From Candidatus Latescibacterota bacterium (GTDB taxonomy: Bacteria; Latescibacterota; UBA2968): a stretch of DNA of 64,000 bases. The position numbers were made by a program, and so were the translations under genes. Below, piece after piece: positions 40,589 to 50,548 of this stretch. The DNA is taken from the NCBI GenBank assembly GCA_965207885.1, contig OZ242311.1, positions 1,504,001-1,568,000 on the forward strand, in the 5' to 3' direction. The first letter of the stretch is position 1. Each line of letters starts with the position of its first letter. The notes beneath the pieces were generated by a model. The model did no database searches. It saw only the letters and a list, made by a program, of their open reading frames with translations, and had not been told where the DNA came from.

Positions 40589-41272
40589 TTACTCGCCTGC
40601 GCGCAATTCCTCCTGTTGATGTCTCACGATGCGCCCTTGAACGAGATAGACGGCATTTTCGGCAATATTGGATGAATGATCGCCAATGCGCTCCAGATGT
40701 CTGGACACGAGAATGAGTAAAATAGCCTGATCCACAGTCGAGGGAATACCCGTGTTTAAGTACGTCAAAAACTCGCGGAAAATTTGATCGCGCAAGGCAT
40801 CCATAGTATCGTCAATTCGACGCACCTTATTGGCCAATTCCACATCGCGATTGACAAATGCATCCAGAGCATCCCTGACCATACCCCGTGCCAACTCGGC
40901 CATCCGCGGAATATCGATCAGCGGTTTCAATTGCGGCATGCGATTGAGCAAACGGGCGCGCTGAGCGATATTCACCGCCTGATCATTGATGCGCTCGAGA
41001 TCGTAATTGATCTTCATAATGCCCGCCACCAGGCGCAAATCGCCAGCCACGGGTTGCTGCACAGCCAACACCCTCAAACACTCTTCTTCTATCTCCACTT
41101 CCCAATCGTCAATGTGATGTCCACCCTCTTCAACCACATCAACGAGGTGATTGTCGCGTTCTACAAGCGATTGTACTGCCTGTTCAATAGACTCTTCTAC
41201 CGCACTACCCATCTTCAACAACTCACCTTTGAGGTGGTCGAGATGCTGGTCAAGAGTACGCTCCATAATCAT
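40589..41272 (-). CDS. phoU: Phosphate signalling protein PhoU
   Basis: QQPVAGDLR, DLERINDQAVNIA, LERIGDHSSNIAE. Confidence 0.95.
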   Translation of the reverse strand: MIMERTLDQHLDHLKGELLKMGSAVEESIEQAVQSLVERDNHLVDVVEEGGHHIDDWEVEIEEECLRVLAVQQPVAGDLRLVAGIMKINYDLERINDQAVNIAQRARLLNRMPQLKPLIDIPRMAELARGMVRDALDAFVNRDVELANKVRRIDDTMDALRDQIFREFLTYLNTGIPSTVDQAILLILVSRHLERIGDHSSNIAENAVYLVQGRIVRHQQEELRAGE

Positions 41273-41283
41273 TACTCCTCTGC

Positions 41284-42096
41284 TTAGCCAAACCGCCCTG
41301 TCACATAATCTTCGGTTTGTTTGAGCTGCGGATTGGTAAACATCTCGCTCGTTTCGGCCATCTCAATCAAACGTCCCAAATAAAAAAACGCCGTATAGTC
41401 CGAAATGCGCGACGCCTGCTGCATATTGTGTGTTACAATCACAATCGTATATTGCTTTTTGAGCTCTTCAATTGTCTCTTCAATACGCCCCGTCGCAATT
41501 GGATCCAGTGCCGAACAGGGTTCATCCATCAAGATCACCGCAGGCTCAACAGCAATTGCACGCGCAATGCACAACCTTTGCTGTTGTCCTCCTGAAAGCC
41601 CCAGAGCACTGTCATTGAGCCGGTCTTTTACCTCATCCCAAAGCGCGGCAGCCTGCAAACTGCGTACCACCACCTCATCGAGCACCGCCCGCCGATTTTC
41701 ACCTGCAATTCTCAAACCGTAAACGAGATTCTCATAAATCGACTTGGGAAAGGGATTGGACTTTTGAAACACCATACCGACCTGGCGGCGCAACGAAATC
41801 ACATCGTATCCGGGACCGTAAATGTCGTCATTATCAATTTCAACCACACCCTCGATATGCACCGAATCGATCAAATCGTTCAGCCTATTCATGCACCGCA
41901 ACAGCGTTGACTTCCCGCATCCCGAAGGACCGATCAAAGCCGTTACCCGATACTCGGGAATCTGCATGTCAATGTCAAAAAGGGCCTGCGTCTCGCCGTA
42001 ATACAGGCTCAGATTCGATATGGTGACAATGGGATTCTGAATATCTGGAACAATTGCTTCGCCGGACCGTGTATTTGCAAGTTCTGCTTCAGCCAT
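41284..42096 (-). CDS. pstB: Phosphate ABC transporter ATPase
   Basis: [36 protein letters not shown]. Confidence 0.96.
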   Translation of the reverse strand: MAEAELANTRSGEAIVPDIQNPIVTISNLSLYYGETQALFDIDMQIPEYRVTALIGPSGCGKSTLLRCMNRLNDLIDSVHIEGVVEIDNDDIYGPGYDVISLRRQVGMVFQKSNPFPKSIYENLVYGLRIAGENRRAVLDEVVVRSLQAAALWDEVKDRLNDSALGLSGGQQQRLCIARAIAVEPAVILMDEPCSALDPIATGRIEETIEELKKQYTIVIVTHNMQQASRISDYTAFFYLGRLIEMAETSEMFTNPQLKQTEDYVTGRFG

Positions 42097-42119
42097 CGTG
42101 ATTCCTTTCTCTCACCTAT

Positions 42120-43727
42120 TTAAAACGTCGCACCACCAACGCGCTTGCGAAGCCGATTGCGAACCAGAATCGCCACCAGATTCAGAGCCAGTACAATCCC
42201 CATCAGCAATAAAGTCGTCGTATATACCATGGGGCGAGCCGCCTCGACATTGGGCGACTGGAAACCCACATCGTAAATGTGAAAACCCAGATGCATAAAT
42301 TTGCGTTCCAGGTGAAAAAAGGGCCAGATACCATCCACGGGCAATGCAGGAGCCAATTTCACAACGCCAGTAATCATCAGCGGAGCCACTTCGCCAGCAC
42401 CGCGTGCAATCACGAGAATAATGCCCGTGAGAATACCCGGCAAAGCGCCGGGCAAAACCACGCGCAAAATGGTCTGCAATTTGGTCGCCCCGAGTGCCAG
42501 CGACCCAGCACGCACATCGCTCGGCACAGCGGAAAGCGCTTCTTCGGCAGAAACAATCATCACCGGCACTGTCAGCAATGCCAGGGTCAACGAAGCCCAC
42601 AAAATGCCGCCAGTACCAAATGTGGGCGTGGGCAACGCCTCGGGAAAAAAGAACTGATCGATACTTCCGCCAATGCCGTAAACAAAAAATCCCAGGCCAA
42701 ACATCCCAAAAACAATAGAAGGTACACCCGCCAGATTATTAACCGCAATGCGAATCACTCTAACTAAGATACCTTGCCTGGCGTATTCGCGCAAATAGAG
42801 CGCGGCTAAGATACCAAATGGCACAGCCGCCAAACTCATCAAAAAAACCATCATAACAGTGCCAAAGATCGCGGGGAATACCCCACCTTCTGTATTGGAC
42901 TCACGGGGTTCATCAAATAAAAATTCCGCGACACGCGAAAAATAAACGCTCGTTTTTCCCAAAATTCCCAGTCGGTTAGGTCGATATGCACGCACGATAT
43001 CGGCCGTGGCAATCTGCCGCACCTCACCGCCAATTAACCGCACATCTATGCGGTAAACCTCGTTGGCTGCTCGCAATTGCGCCAGTTCGTCAGCCAATCG
43101 TTCATAAGCTTCCCAATAGGATCTGCTCTCTCGATCAATCGCGTCAATCTCATCGGTATCTCCATCACCCAATTCTATCTCGCGTTTTTTTAGTCGCAGG
43201 CTTTCAATTTGCCGATTTAAGTCGCCAATCGCATCTTTTTCAATTTGCCGAATCTGTTCGTGTCGTTCCCGGGTATTATCCAATTGCGCTTGTAGCATAT
43301 CCCATGTATTCAACACCTGGGTTTCACCTTCGTACAGAGCTTCGATAAACCCATAAAAATTGCCCCACTCACGCCGCTCAAAAACCACCGCATCTACGAG
43401 ATAATCCGTCGATTGAATATCCGATTCATCTATCCATTGAAAATCGCTGCCATACACATCGCGATTGCCCACTTTGAGCTGAATGCGAAATTGCCCGGAC
43501 CCCGTTCGATTCGACGCCGGAATCTCCTGTTTATCCCACCGCTGTCCCATTGCTTTCCGACCATCTTTGAGTATTACCGCTTCGATATCCGAGGGCCAAA
43601 AAAATCCAGTGCCATTGTACATAACCAGCGCGATCAGCCCTATAATCATGAGCAAACAAAGCGCCAGCGCGCTACCGGTCAACCAGATAAATGGCACACC
43701 TGTTTTCCAAAAATTCTTCACATCCAT
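42120..43727 (-). CDS. pstA: Phosphate ABC transporter permease PstA with large periplasmic insert
   Basis: NNLAGVPSIVFG, EPRESNTEGGVFPAIFGT, EAA loop. Confidence 0.93.
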   Translation of the reverse strand: MDVKNFWKTGVPFIWLTGSALALCLLMIIGLIALVMYNGTGFFWPSDIEAVILKDGRKAMGQRWDKQEIPASNRTGSGQFRIQLKVGNRDVYGSDFQWIDESDIQSTDYLVDAVVFERREWGNFYGFIEALYEGETQVLNTWDMLQAQLDNTRERHEQIRQIEKDAIGDLNRQIESLRLKKREIELGDGDTDEIDAIDRESRSYWEAYERLADELAQLRAANEVYRIDVRLIGGEVRQIATADIVRAYRPNRLGILGKTSVYFSRVAEFLFDEPRESNTEGGVFPAIFGTVMMVFLMSLAAVPFGILAALYLREYARQGILVRVIRIAVNNLAGVPSIVFGMFGLGFFVYGIGGSIDQFFFPEALPTPTFGTGGILWASLTLALLTVPVMIVSAEEALSAVPSDVRAGSLALGATKLQTILRVVLPGALPGILTGIILVIARGAGEVAPLMITGVVKLAPALPVDGIWPFFHLERKFMHLGFHIYDVGFQSPNVEAARPMVYTTTLLLMGIVLALNLVAILVRNRLRKRVGGATF

Positions 43728-43737
43728 CTCCAGAACA

Positions 43738-45978
43738 TCAAATCCTGCTATACTTCTCGCGCAAACGCTGCCGCACCACTTCTGCCAGCGTATTCACCAA
43801 AAAAGTAATCGCCGCCAGCAAAACCCCTGTCAAAAACAACACGCGATAAAGCGTACCTTCATGGGGTGCTTCGGGAATCTCCACGGCGATATTGGCCGAC
43901 ATCGTGCGCATGCCATTAAAAATGGTCCAATCCAAAATCGGCGTATTGCCCGTAGCCATCAACACAATCATCGTTTCTCCCACAGCGCGGCCAAATCCAA
44001 TCATAGTCGCGGAAAAAATACCCGGGCTCGCCGTGGGCAACACCACGCGGATAGCCGTTTGCCATGGCGTTGCGCCCAGCGCGAGTGATCCAGCGCGCAG
44101 ATGCTGTGGCACGCTCGACAGAGCATCTTCGCAGATCGTGTAAATAATGGGTACCACGGCAAATCCCATCGCAAAGCCCACCACCAGACAATTGCGCTGA
44201 TCGTAGCGCGTACCCGTTGTGCCGAGCAGCCAGCTTTGAAAATTGCCGCCGAACAAAAGCGATTCGGCCAAAGGACCGAGTGCGAACGACAGATAGAGCG
44301 AAAACAACGCGATGCCAGCCAGCAAAGTTAGAATCCAGTGATCCGGTATTCTGCGTGCAAAATCTTCGGACATCTGTCCCCAGCCCCAGGCACATATCAC
44401 CACGACAATGGGCACACAGGGCAACAACAACAGGGCACCGACGATCCTCGTTTCCAGCAGCGGTGCCAGCCACAAACCAGCCAAAAAACCCAGAATCACA
44501 CTGGGAAGCGAAGCCATCAACTCCACCACGGGTTTGACCACACCACGCACGTTGGGAGAGGCAAATTCCGATGTGTAAATCGCTGCCAAAATAGCCAGAG
44601 GCAACGCGAATAACATCGCATAAAGCGTACCCTTAAAGGTACCAAATATCAAAGGTACAATACTCAGCTTAGGCTCAAAATCATCCGATCCACCCGTAGA
44701 TTGCCACACGTATTGAGGCTCCGTATATCCCTCGTACCACACTTTGCCAAAAAGTGTTTGTAACGTCACTTCGGGATGTGAATTTTGGAGGTCGAAATCC
44801 GTCACCTGTCCCGACTTACTCACAGTCAAAAAGCCATTTGCTTTTGGCGCAAAAGACAGGGATTGAATGGGTCTATCACCGGGCAATTGAAAAAACGTTT
44901 GTTCCGATGTCATGTGATGCAACGCAACCATCCCCGATACATCGCCCGATAAAAACTGTTTGTCGCGAGCAGACGACGCCAGTGCAGTCACCGCCGCCGG
45001 ATGAGACTGCAAAGTGTGGATCCTTTTGAACACCCTTTTATTGTCGCCCTCGCTCGTTCTGACGGGCATCCAGACAGACACACGACCACCCACATCGCCC
45101 ACGACGAGCGACACATCGCCCAGCACAAAATCCAACGCAGACACCTCCTGATCGGAAACCCGAAAATAATCCAACAACCTGGGATTGGAACTCGCCCGTC
45201 CAATTTCCCATCGAAATACTTCACCGCGGTCTGTGCCCACCAGAACATAGCGTCCCGATTTTGCCACGGCACCCACCCTGGCGCGCCCTTTGATCTCATC
45301 GGTCAAATCGTATGTGCGAACAGTCGTTTTGCCATCACCTAAAAGTCCTCGCTGTCTTTCGGAAATTCCCAAAACGAGTTGCCCGGAATCCGCAATGCCA
45401 AGTACTGTGCCGCGGGACTTTCCATCGTGTCGAAATACGAGATGCACAAGAGCTTCATCAGTTAAATCCATCGACGACTCAACTGAAAAAGACGGCGTCA
45501 CAATCTGCTTTCCCTCCGCATCGTAATCCACGGCAAAATTCACGCGGCAACCCAGCATTGTACCGTCATCCAGGCCCAGGCCAACATGCGTGTTATCCAG
45601 AGCGCGATAAGCCGCTCGAATGCGCCGTCCCTGTAGTTCAGGAATAGACACAGACTTTATCACCGACTTTGTAGTCATATCCAAAAAATCAATCCCCGCT
45701 TCATGCACGACAAACATCACTGCCTGATAGGGATCAACCCCCGTACACAGGACCGGCTGACGGTGCGAAAAATCAAAGGTATGCGCCCTGGACGCGCTCG
45801 GCTTCAAAAACAGGGGATAGGACTCCATCAACACAAAAAGAAAAATGCCCAGCACCGACAGGATCACCCCGATGCCGCCAGCAGTGATCACCCACCGTCC
45901 AGCGCGGTCCATCAGGCGTGCCTTTGGCGTGATGCCGGGCAATTGTCGCTTTGATGTTGGTTCTGTGGGAAGAAACAT
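43738..45978 (-). CDS. pstC: Phosphate ABC transporter permease PstC with beta-propeller insert
   Basis: ELMASLPSVILG, GRAVGETMIVLMATGN; WD40-like periplasmic region. Confidence 0.9.
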   Translation of the reverse strand: MFLPTEPTSKRQLPGITPKARLMDRAGRWVITAGGIGVILSVLGIFLFVLMESYPLFLKPSASRAHTFDFSHRQPVLCTGVDPYQAVMFVVHEAGIDFLDMTTKSVIKSVSIPELQGRRIRAAYRALDNTHVGLGLDDGTMLGCRVNFAVDYDAEGKQIVTPSFSVESSMDLTDEALVHLVFRHDGKSRGTVLGIADSGQLVLGISERQRGLLGDGKTTVRTYDLTDEIKGRARVGAVAKSGRYVLVGTDRGEVFRWEIGRASSNPRLLDYFRVSDQEVSALDFVLGDVSLVVGDVGGRVSVWMPVRTSEGDNKRVFKRIHTLQSHPAAVTALASSARDKQFLSGDVSGMVALHHMTSEQTFFQLPGDRPIQSLSFAPKANGFLTVSKSGQVTDFDLQNSHPEVTLQTLFGKVWYEGYTEPQYVWQSTGGSDDFEPKLSIVPLIFGTFKGTLYAMLFALPLAILAAIYTSEFASPNVRGVVKPVVELMASLPSVILGFLAGLWLAPLLETRIVGALLLLPCVPIVVVICAWGWGQMSEDFARRIPDHWILTLLAGIALFSLYLSFALGPLAESLLFGGNFQSWLLGTTGTRYDQRNCLVVGFAMGFAVVPIIYTICEDALSSVPQHLRAGSLALGATPWQTAIRVVLPTASPGIFSATMIGFGRAVGETMIVLMATGNTPILDWTIFNGMRTMSANIAVEIPEAPHEGTLYRVLFLTGVLLAAITFLVNTLAEVVRQRLREKYSRI

Positions 45979-45984
45979 AATAAA

Positions 45985-46086
45985 GGTGAGACGTAAGAGG
46001 TTAGAAGTGAGAGAACAGAGACTGGGGACGGGTCGTAGCTATTACGTCTCAGGAAGAGGGGCTGGGTGGCCCTCTAACGTCTCACC
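45985..46086. repeat. Intercistronic inverted repeat built from degenerate heptamers (pstS-pstC)
   Basis: GGTGAGACGTAAGAGG (45985-46000) vs CCTCTAACGTCTCACC (46071-46086), 15/16 complementary; internal TTACGTCTCA (46042-46051). Confidence 0.65.
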
Positions 46087-46094
46087 GCTGGGAG

Positions 46095-47072
46095 TCAGGG
46101 ATTTAAGGTGGGGAATTGTAACTTCTCAAGTTCCTCTTTAACCACCTGATAGGGCACGGGCATATAGCCATCTTTAACGACAATCTCTTGCCCCTCTTTG
46201 GAGAAAATGAATTTACAAAATTCTCTCACGAGCGGATCGAGAGGTTTATTGGGTGCCTTGTTGATGTACAAATACAAAAAACGCCCCAGAGGATAAGATC
46301 CATCTATAACATTTTCTATCGTGCCCTCTCTAAAGGGTTCGCCAGTTTCCAACGCCAGAGGTACAACGCGCACGCCAGATGTCCTGTAACCAATGCCACT
46401 ATAACCAATACTATACCTGTCTTCGGCCACGCCCTGCACAACCGAAGCAGACCCCGGTTGCTCTTTTACTTCATCTTTGAAATCACCTTTAAACAGAGCG
46501 TGGTCTTTGAAGAAACCATAAGTGCCCGATGCAGAATTGCGCCCGTACAGGCTGAATGCGGCATTCCTCCAATCGCCTTCCAAACCCAACTGCCCCCATC
46601 TCGTCACATTTTCCCTGTAATCTCCGCGTCGCGTCTTAGAAAAAATCGCATCTACCTGCTGCAAAGTCAACCCATTAATCGGGTTGTCTTTATTGACAAA
46701 AACAGCCAGTGCATCCAACGAGATGCGCAACACCGTTGGCGGATATCCAAAATGCTTTTCAAATTTGTCAATTTCCGAAGCCTTCATCGCACGCGACATA
46801 GGCCCGAATTGCGCGGTACCTTCAATCAGCGCGGGAGGTGCAGTGCTCGACCCCTTGCCCTCGACTTGAATTGTCACATTGGGATAGTGTTTGCGAAAGC
46901 CTTCCAACCAGAGGGTCATCAAATTATTCATCGTATCTGACCCAATGCTATTAGCACTTCCGGAAATCCCACTCACTTTTTGATACGCGGAAACAGGAGA
47001 ATCCTGCTGTGCCTGAGCCGCAGCCTGTGTCAAAACAGCCACACATGCGATCATACAAATAAATCTGGTCAT
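46095..47072 (-). CDS. pstS: Phosphate-binding protein PstS
   Basis: Signal peptide, GSDTM, EGKGSST, GRNSASGTYG. Confidence 0.93.
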   Translation of the reverse strand: MTRFICMIACVAVLTQAAAQAQQDSPVSAYQKVSGISGSANSIGSDTMNNLMTLWLEGFRKHYPNVTIQVEGKGSSTAPPALIEGTAQFGPMSRAMKASEIDKFEKHFGYPPTVLRISLDALAVFVNKDNPINGLTLQQVDAIFSKTRRGDYRENVTRWGQLGLEGDWRNAAFSLYGRNSASGTYGFFKDHALFKGDFKDEVKEQPGSASVVQGVAEDRYSIGYSGIGYRTSGVRVVPLALETGEPFREGTIENVIDGSYPLGRFLYLYINKAPNKPLDPLVREFCKFIFSKEGQEIVVKDGYMPVPYQVVKEELEKLQFPTLNP

Positions 47073-47124
47073 TCAATCTCTCCTAGCGTAGTGTTATAGC
47101 CTGAAAAAAATAAACCTGTATCGC

Positions 47125-47161
47125 GTTACACAGATGACGAAAACACGACATTTATGTGATA
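47125..47161 (-). promoter_or_regulatory. Weaker Pho-box-like repeats upstream of pstS
   Basis: Minus strand TATCAC, TGTCGT, CGTCAT at 11-bp spacing plus TGTAAC 9 bp further. Confidence 0.4.
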
Positions 47162-47162
47162 A

Positions 47163-48116
47163 TCAAAACCTGACATATAGCGTTAGCCGGGGAACCATCT
47201 CAATATCCACATCTGGAGCCTGAAAATTTGTGGCCATCACATTGGGCATAATGTGAATATCCTTTACCGGTTCAATGTCAAGCCCTCCGAGAAAGCAATA
47301 TTCCCCATCGTCGTCAGACTTATCGTCTGGATCAAAGAAATCGCTACGAGCAAACACCTTTATCTTCTCGCTAATCTGTCCTGAGCCGAACAGTGAAAGT
47401 CCTCGCATCTGTGCGGTATGGTTGCGCCAGTGCACAAAGGCTTCCAATCCACCGTGGAAAATTTTCTTTTTCCACCCAATAAACGTAGCCAAAGTCGTGC
47501 GATCTAGATTGCCTGCGCGTTTTTCCCAATCTACATAAGTCGTCACATTCAGGGTACCAGGCTCAAAATGCAACAGACCGTAAACTTTCTTGTAGTGATC
47601 TGACTCGGACTGCTGTCCGCTGCCATTGGCCAGCATAATCTGGGCATTTAACTTTCCAGCTTCATCCAATCGCGCGCGATATGCAATGCCTATATCAGCC
47701 GAAGAGGCAACTTTTTTTCTATCCATGAGGGTCTTCTCGACCGAGCGATAACCCCAAACAGACTCCGATACGTTCCATGTTGGCGTACCCGACAGCCCCA
47801 TATAGAGCGCATGGCCATTTTTGCGATAGCGCAAATACGCGTGCTTTACAAAGGGTTCTATTTTCTTTTCGCTATTAAATCCCGCATCCTTGGCTTCCAG
47901 CCGAACCCGTCCAGAAAAAGCATCACTCCACTTCAGGTCATGGGTGAGATAAATGCGTCGAAACCTAAAGCCATTTTCTTCTTCTCCATTTCCTCTGACG
48001 ATATAATAATCGGCAAACATAACACCCTGAAGCCTGGTATCTACAGCTTCACCCCGTCCCGCCAAAACAAAACCCAAACACAACAGTATTCCCCAAATTG
48101 CTTTACAAATGCGCAT
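47163..48116 (-). CDS. Outer-membrane porin-like protein (putative phosphate porin)
   Basis: Signal peptide from ATG 48116, FRFRRIYLT motif, C-terminal LYVRF; heads the pst cluster. Confidence 0.7.
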   Translation of the reverse strand: MRICKAIWGILLCLGFVLAGRGEAVDTRLQGVMFADYYIVRGNGEEENGFRFRRIYLTHDLKWSDAFSGRVRLEAKDAGFNSEKKIEPFVKHAYLRYRKNGHALYMGLSGTPTWNVSESVWGYRSVEKTLMDRKKVASSADIGIAYRARLDEAGKLNAQIMLANGSGQQSESDHYKKVYGLLHFEPGTLNVTTYVDWEKRAGNLDRTTLATFIGWKKKIFHGGLEAFVHWRNHTAQMRGLSLFGSGQISEKIKVFARSDFFDPDDKSDDDGEYCFLGGLDIEPVKDIHIMPNVMATNFQAPDVDIEMVPRLTLYVRF

Positions 48117-48160
48117 TTGCTCTCCCTTCGAATTGGTGAATAAACGACGTTCTCCGCGAT

Positions 48161-48237
48161 AAGATATCGCTATAATGTTACAAATCGCCTCCAAAACAGT
48201 TACGCTTTGGTCACAAAAACGTGACATTTTTGTTACA
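48161..48237 (-). promoter_or_regulatory. Pho-box array and -10 upstream of porin-pst operon
   Basis: Minus strand TGTAAC (48237), TGTCAC (48226), TGTGAC (48215), CGTAAC (48204), TGTAAC (48182), all in 11-bp phase; TATCTT 10 bp after the last. Confidence 0.75.
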
Positions 48238-48293
48238 AATACGCCATTTCATCCTTTCTTCGGGGATTCTTCCCGCTAACTCTCTTCTCAAAA

Positions 48294-48331
48294 GAAAAGG
48301 TCGGATGGATTTTTGCCCATCCGACCTTTTC
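48294..48331. terminator. Strong terminator-like hairpin between divergent genes
   Basis: GAAAAGGTCGGATGG-8nt-CCATCCGACCTTTTC, perfect 15-bp stem with T-runs on both strands. Confidence 0.7.
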
Positions 48332-48351
48332 CTCAAGATCGCCGTTTTTAT

Positions 48352-48381
48352 TTGACAAACTGCTCTATATCGCATTATAAT
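48352..48381 (+). promoter_or_regulatory. Consensus sigma70 promoter of ppk1
   Basis: TTGACA-N18-TATAAT. Confidence 0.65.
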
Positions 48382-48427
48382 ACCTGACATTTAACGCAAT
48401 TCCGTCGCCTCTTCCCCGGAGTGTGTT

Positions 48428-50548
48428 ATGGACCTCGGCGATACCAGTCTCTATCTCAATAGAGAACTTTCATGGCTGCGTTTTAATCAGCGCGTATTAC
48501 AAGAAGCCCGCACCCCTGAAAATCCCCTGCTGGAACGAGTCAAATTCCTGGGCATCGTGGCCAACAACCTCGACGAATTTTTTGAAGTGCGCGTAGCGGG
48601 ACTGCTCCAACAAGTAGAAGCGGGCATTTCCGACTACGGCCCCGATGGCCTCCTCCCCGAAGAACAAATTTCAGCCATTGCAAAAGAAGCCCATCGCATG
48701 GTCGATGAGCAATACGCCTGCTGGAACGACGAACTCCTTCCCGCATTGCGCGATGCAGATGTCCACATTCGCACCATCAGTACGCTTTCTGCCCGCGAAA
48801 AATCCTTCCTCGACGACTATTGCCACGCAGAACTCTACCCGGTTTTAACTCCGCTCACCATCAGCCCTGCACACCCATTACCACGCCTGATTAACAAAGC
48901 CCTTTGCATCGCCCTTTTGCTCAAAAATCGCGAAGGCGAAACACTGCTCGGCGTCGTGCAGGTTCCTCGTCTATTGCCGCGTCTGATTCGCTTGCCCCGA
49001 GAAGAAGACAGCCAGCGCATCGACTTCGTCTTTCTCGCAGATATTGTCCAGGCACACATTCCCGAACTTTTCCGGGGATATCAAATTCTCGACTCGGCTG
49101 CATTCCGCATCACCCGAAACAGCGATCTCTACCTGGACGAAGAAGAAGCCGATGACTTATTGCTCGCCATTGAAGACGAATTGCAAAATCGGCGCAAAGG
49201 CGACACCGTCCGCCTCGAAATCGAAGCCGATGCCAGTCGGGCACTTGTCAAGCGCTTACAATCGACATATAGTCTGAAAAACAATCAGGTGTATCAAGTC
49301 AACGGACCGGTGAATCTCAACCGTTTAATGGGACTCTATAGCGCGACCCCCAGACCCGATTTGAAATATTTACCCTATCACCCGCCCGACCACACGTATG
49401 AGGAAGTCGATACCCTCTTTGACCAGATCAAACAAAAAGATATGTTGCTTCACCATCCCTACGATGCTTTTACACCCGTTGTTCAATTCGTCAATTCAGC
49501 GGCAACCGACCCCGATGTGCTCGCCATCAAACAGACGCTCTATCGCACCAGCGAAGATTCCCCCGTTATCGATGCACTGATTCGCGCAGCAGAAGCGGGC
49601 AAAGAAGTAACTGTGGTAGTTGAACTCAAAGCGCGATTTGACGAAGCATCCAATATTCGATGGGCGCGGCGCCTTCAGGATGCGGGTGTATGCGTCGTAT
49701 ATGGTGTCGTGGGCCTTAAAACGCACTGCAAACTCTCGATGCTGGTCAGGCGCGAAGCCAATAACGGGCTACGCCGCTACGCCCACATCGGCACGGGCAA
49801 TTACAATCCCTCAACAGCCCGACTTTATACGGACCTGGGATTGTTCACAGCACGCGAAGACATCACAAATGATGTAGCCGAAGTTTTTAACCTGCTCACC
49901 ACGCAATCTGCACATCCCCAGGTCAGCAAAATGCTCATTGCACCCTCTACCATGCTCGATTCCATCCTCAAAAAAATCGATCGCGAAATCGACCATGCAC
50001 GCCAGGGACGCACAGCCCGTATTGTTGCAAAAATGAATTCACTTCAAGACCCCAAAGTCATTCGCGCGCTGTATCGCGCATCGCAAAACGGCGTACAAAT
50101 TGACCTGATCGTGCGCGGTATATGCTGTCTGCGTGCGGGTGTCTCCGGTATAAGCGATAACATCAGAGTGCGCAGCATCATCGGGCGCTTTTTGGAACAC
50201 AGCCGCGTCTATTACTTTGAAAATGACGGAAATCCCGATGTGTACATTGGCAGTGCGGATTGGATGCCTCGAAATTTGCGCCGCCGCGTTGAAACACTTT
50301 GCCCCATCGAAGATCCGGATTTGATTACACGAATAAAATCAGAACTCCTCAGTGCATGTTTTGCCGACAATGTCAAATCGCGCGAAATACTCCCCGATGG
50401 CACAGACCGTCACATTGAATCCGCCCAAAACGAACCCGCATTCTGCGTGCACGACAAGCTCATGAATCTATCTTTGGGTGAACCCGTCGATATCCCCGAC
50501 TTCTTTGCCCAAACACCATCCTCAATCGAATCGACCGCTGCCACTTAA
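48428..50548 (+). CDS. ppk1: Polyphosphate kinase 1
   Basis: NRELSWL, HHPY, ELKARFDE, KTHCK, GTGNYN, RFLEHSR, SADWMPRN. Confidence 0.96.
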   Translation: MDLGDTSLYLNRELSWLRFNQRVLQEARTPENPLLERVKFLGIVANNLDEFFEVRVAGLLQQVEAGISDYGPDGLLPEEQISAIAKEAHRMVDEQYACWNDELLPALRDADVHIRTISTLSAREKSFLDDYCHAELYPVLTPLTISPAHPLPRLINKALCIALLLKNREGETLLGVVQVPRLLPRLIRLPREEDSQRIDFVFLADIVQAHIPELFRGYQILDSAAFRITRNSDLYLDEEEADDLLLAIEDELQNRRKGDTVRLEIEADASRALVKRLQSTYSLKNNQVYQVNGPVNLNRLMGLYSATPRPDLKYLPYHPPDHTYEEVDTLFDQIKQKDMLLHHPYDAFTPVVQFVNSAATDPDVLAIKQTLYRTSEDSPVIDALIRAAEAGKEVTVVVELKARFDEASNIRWARRLQDAGVCVVYGVVGLKTHCKLSMLVRREANNGLRRYAHIGTGNYNPSTARLYTDLGLFTAREDITNDVAEVFNLLTTQSAHPQVSKMLIAPSTMLDSILKKIDREIDHARQGRTARIVAKMNSLQDPKVIRALYRASQNGVQIDLIVRGICCLRAGVSGISDNIRVRSIIGRFLEHSRVYYFENDGNPDVYIGSADWMPRNLRRRVETLCPIEDPDLITRIKSELLSACFADNVKSREILPDGTDRHIESAQNEPAFCVHDKLMNLSLGEPVDIPDFFAQTPSSIESTAAT

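Noticed and set aside
42120-45978. Oversized PstA/PstC as novel fusions
   Set aside because: Long forms with periplasmic inserts are already known in other bacteria such as Pseudomonas.
50522-50548. 27-nt convergent overlap of ppk1 and the K-channel gene
   Set aside because: Short 3' overlaps are common; no further signal.
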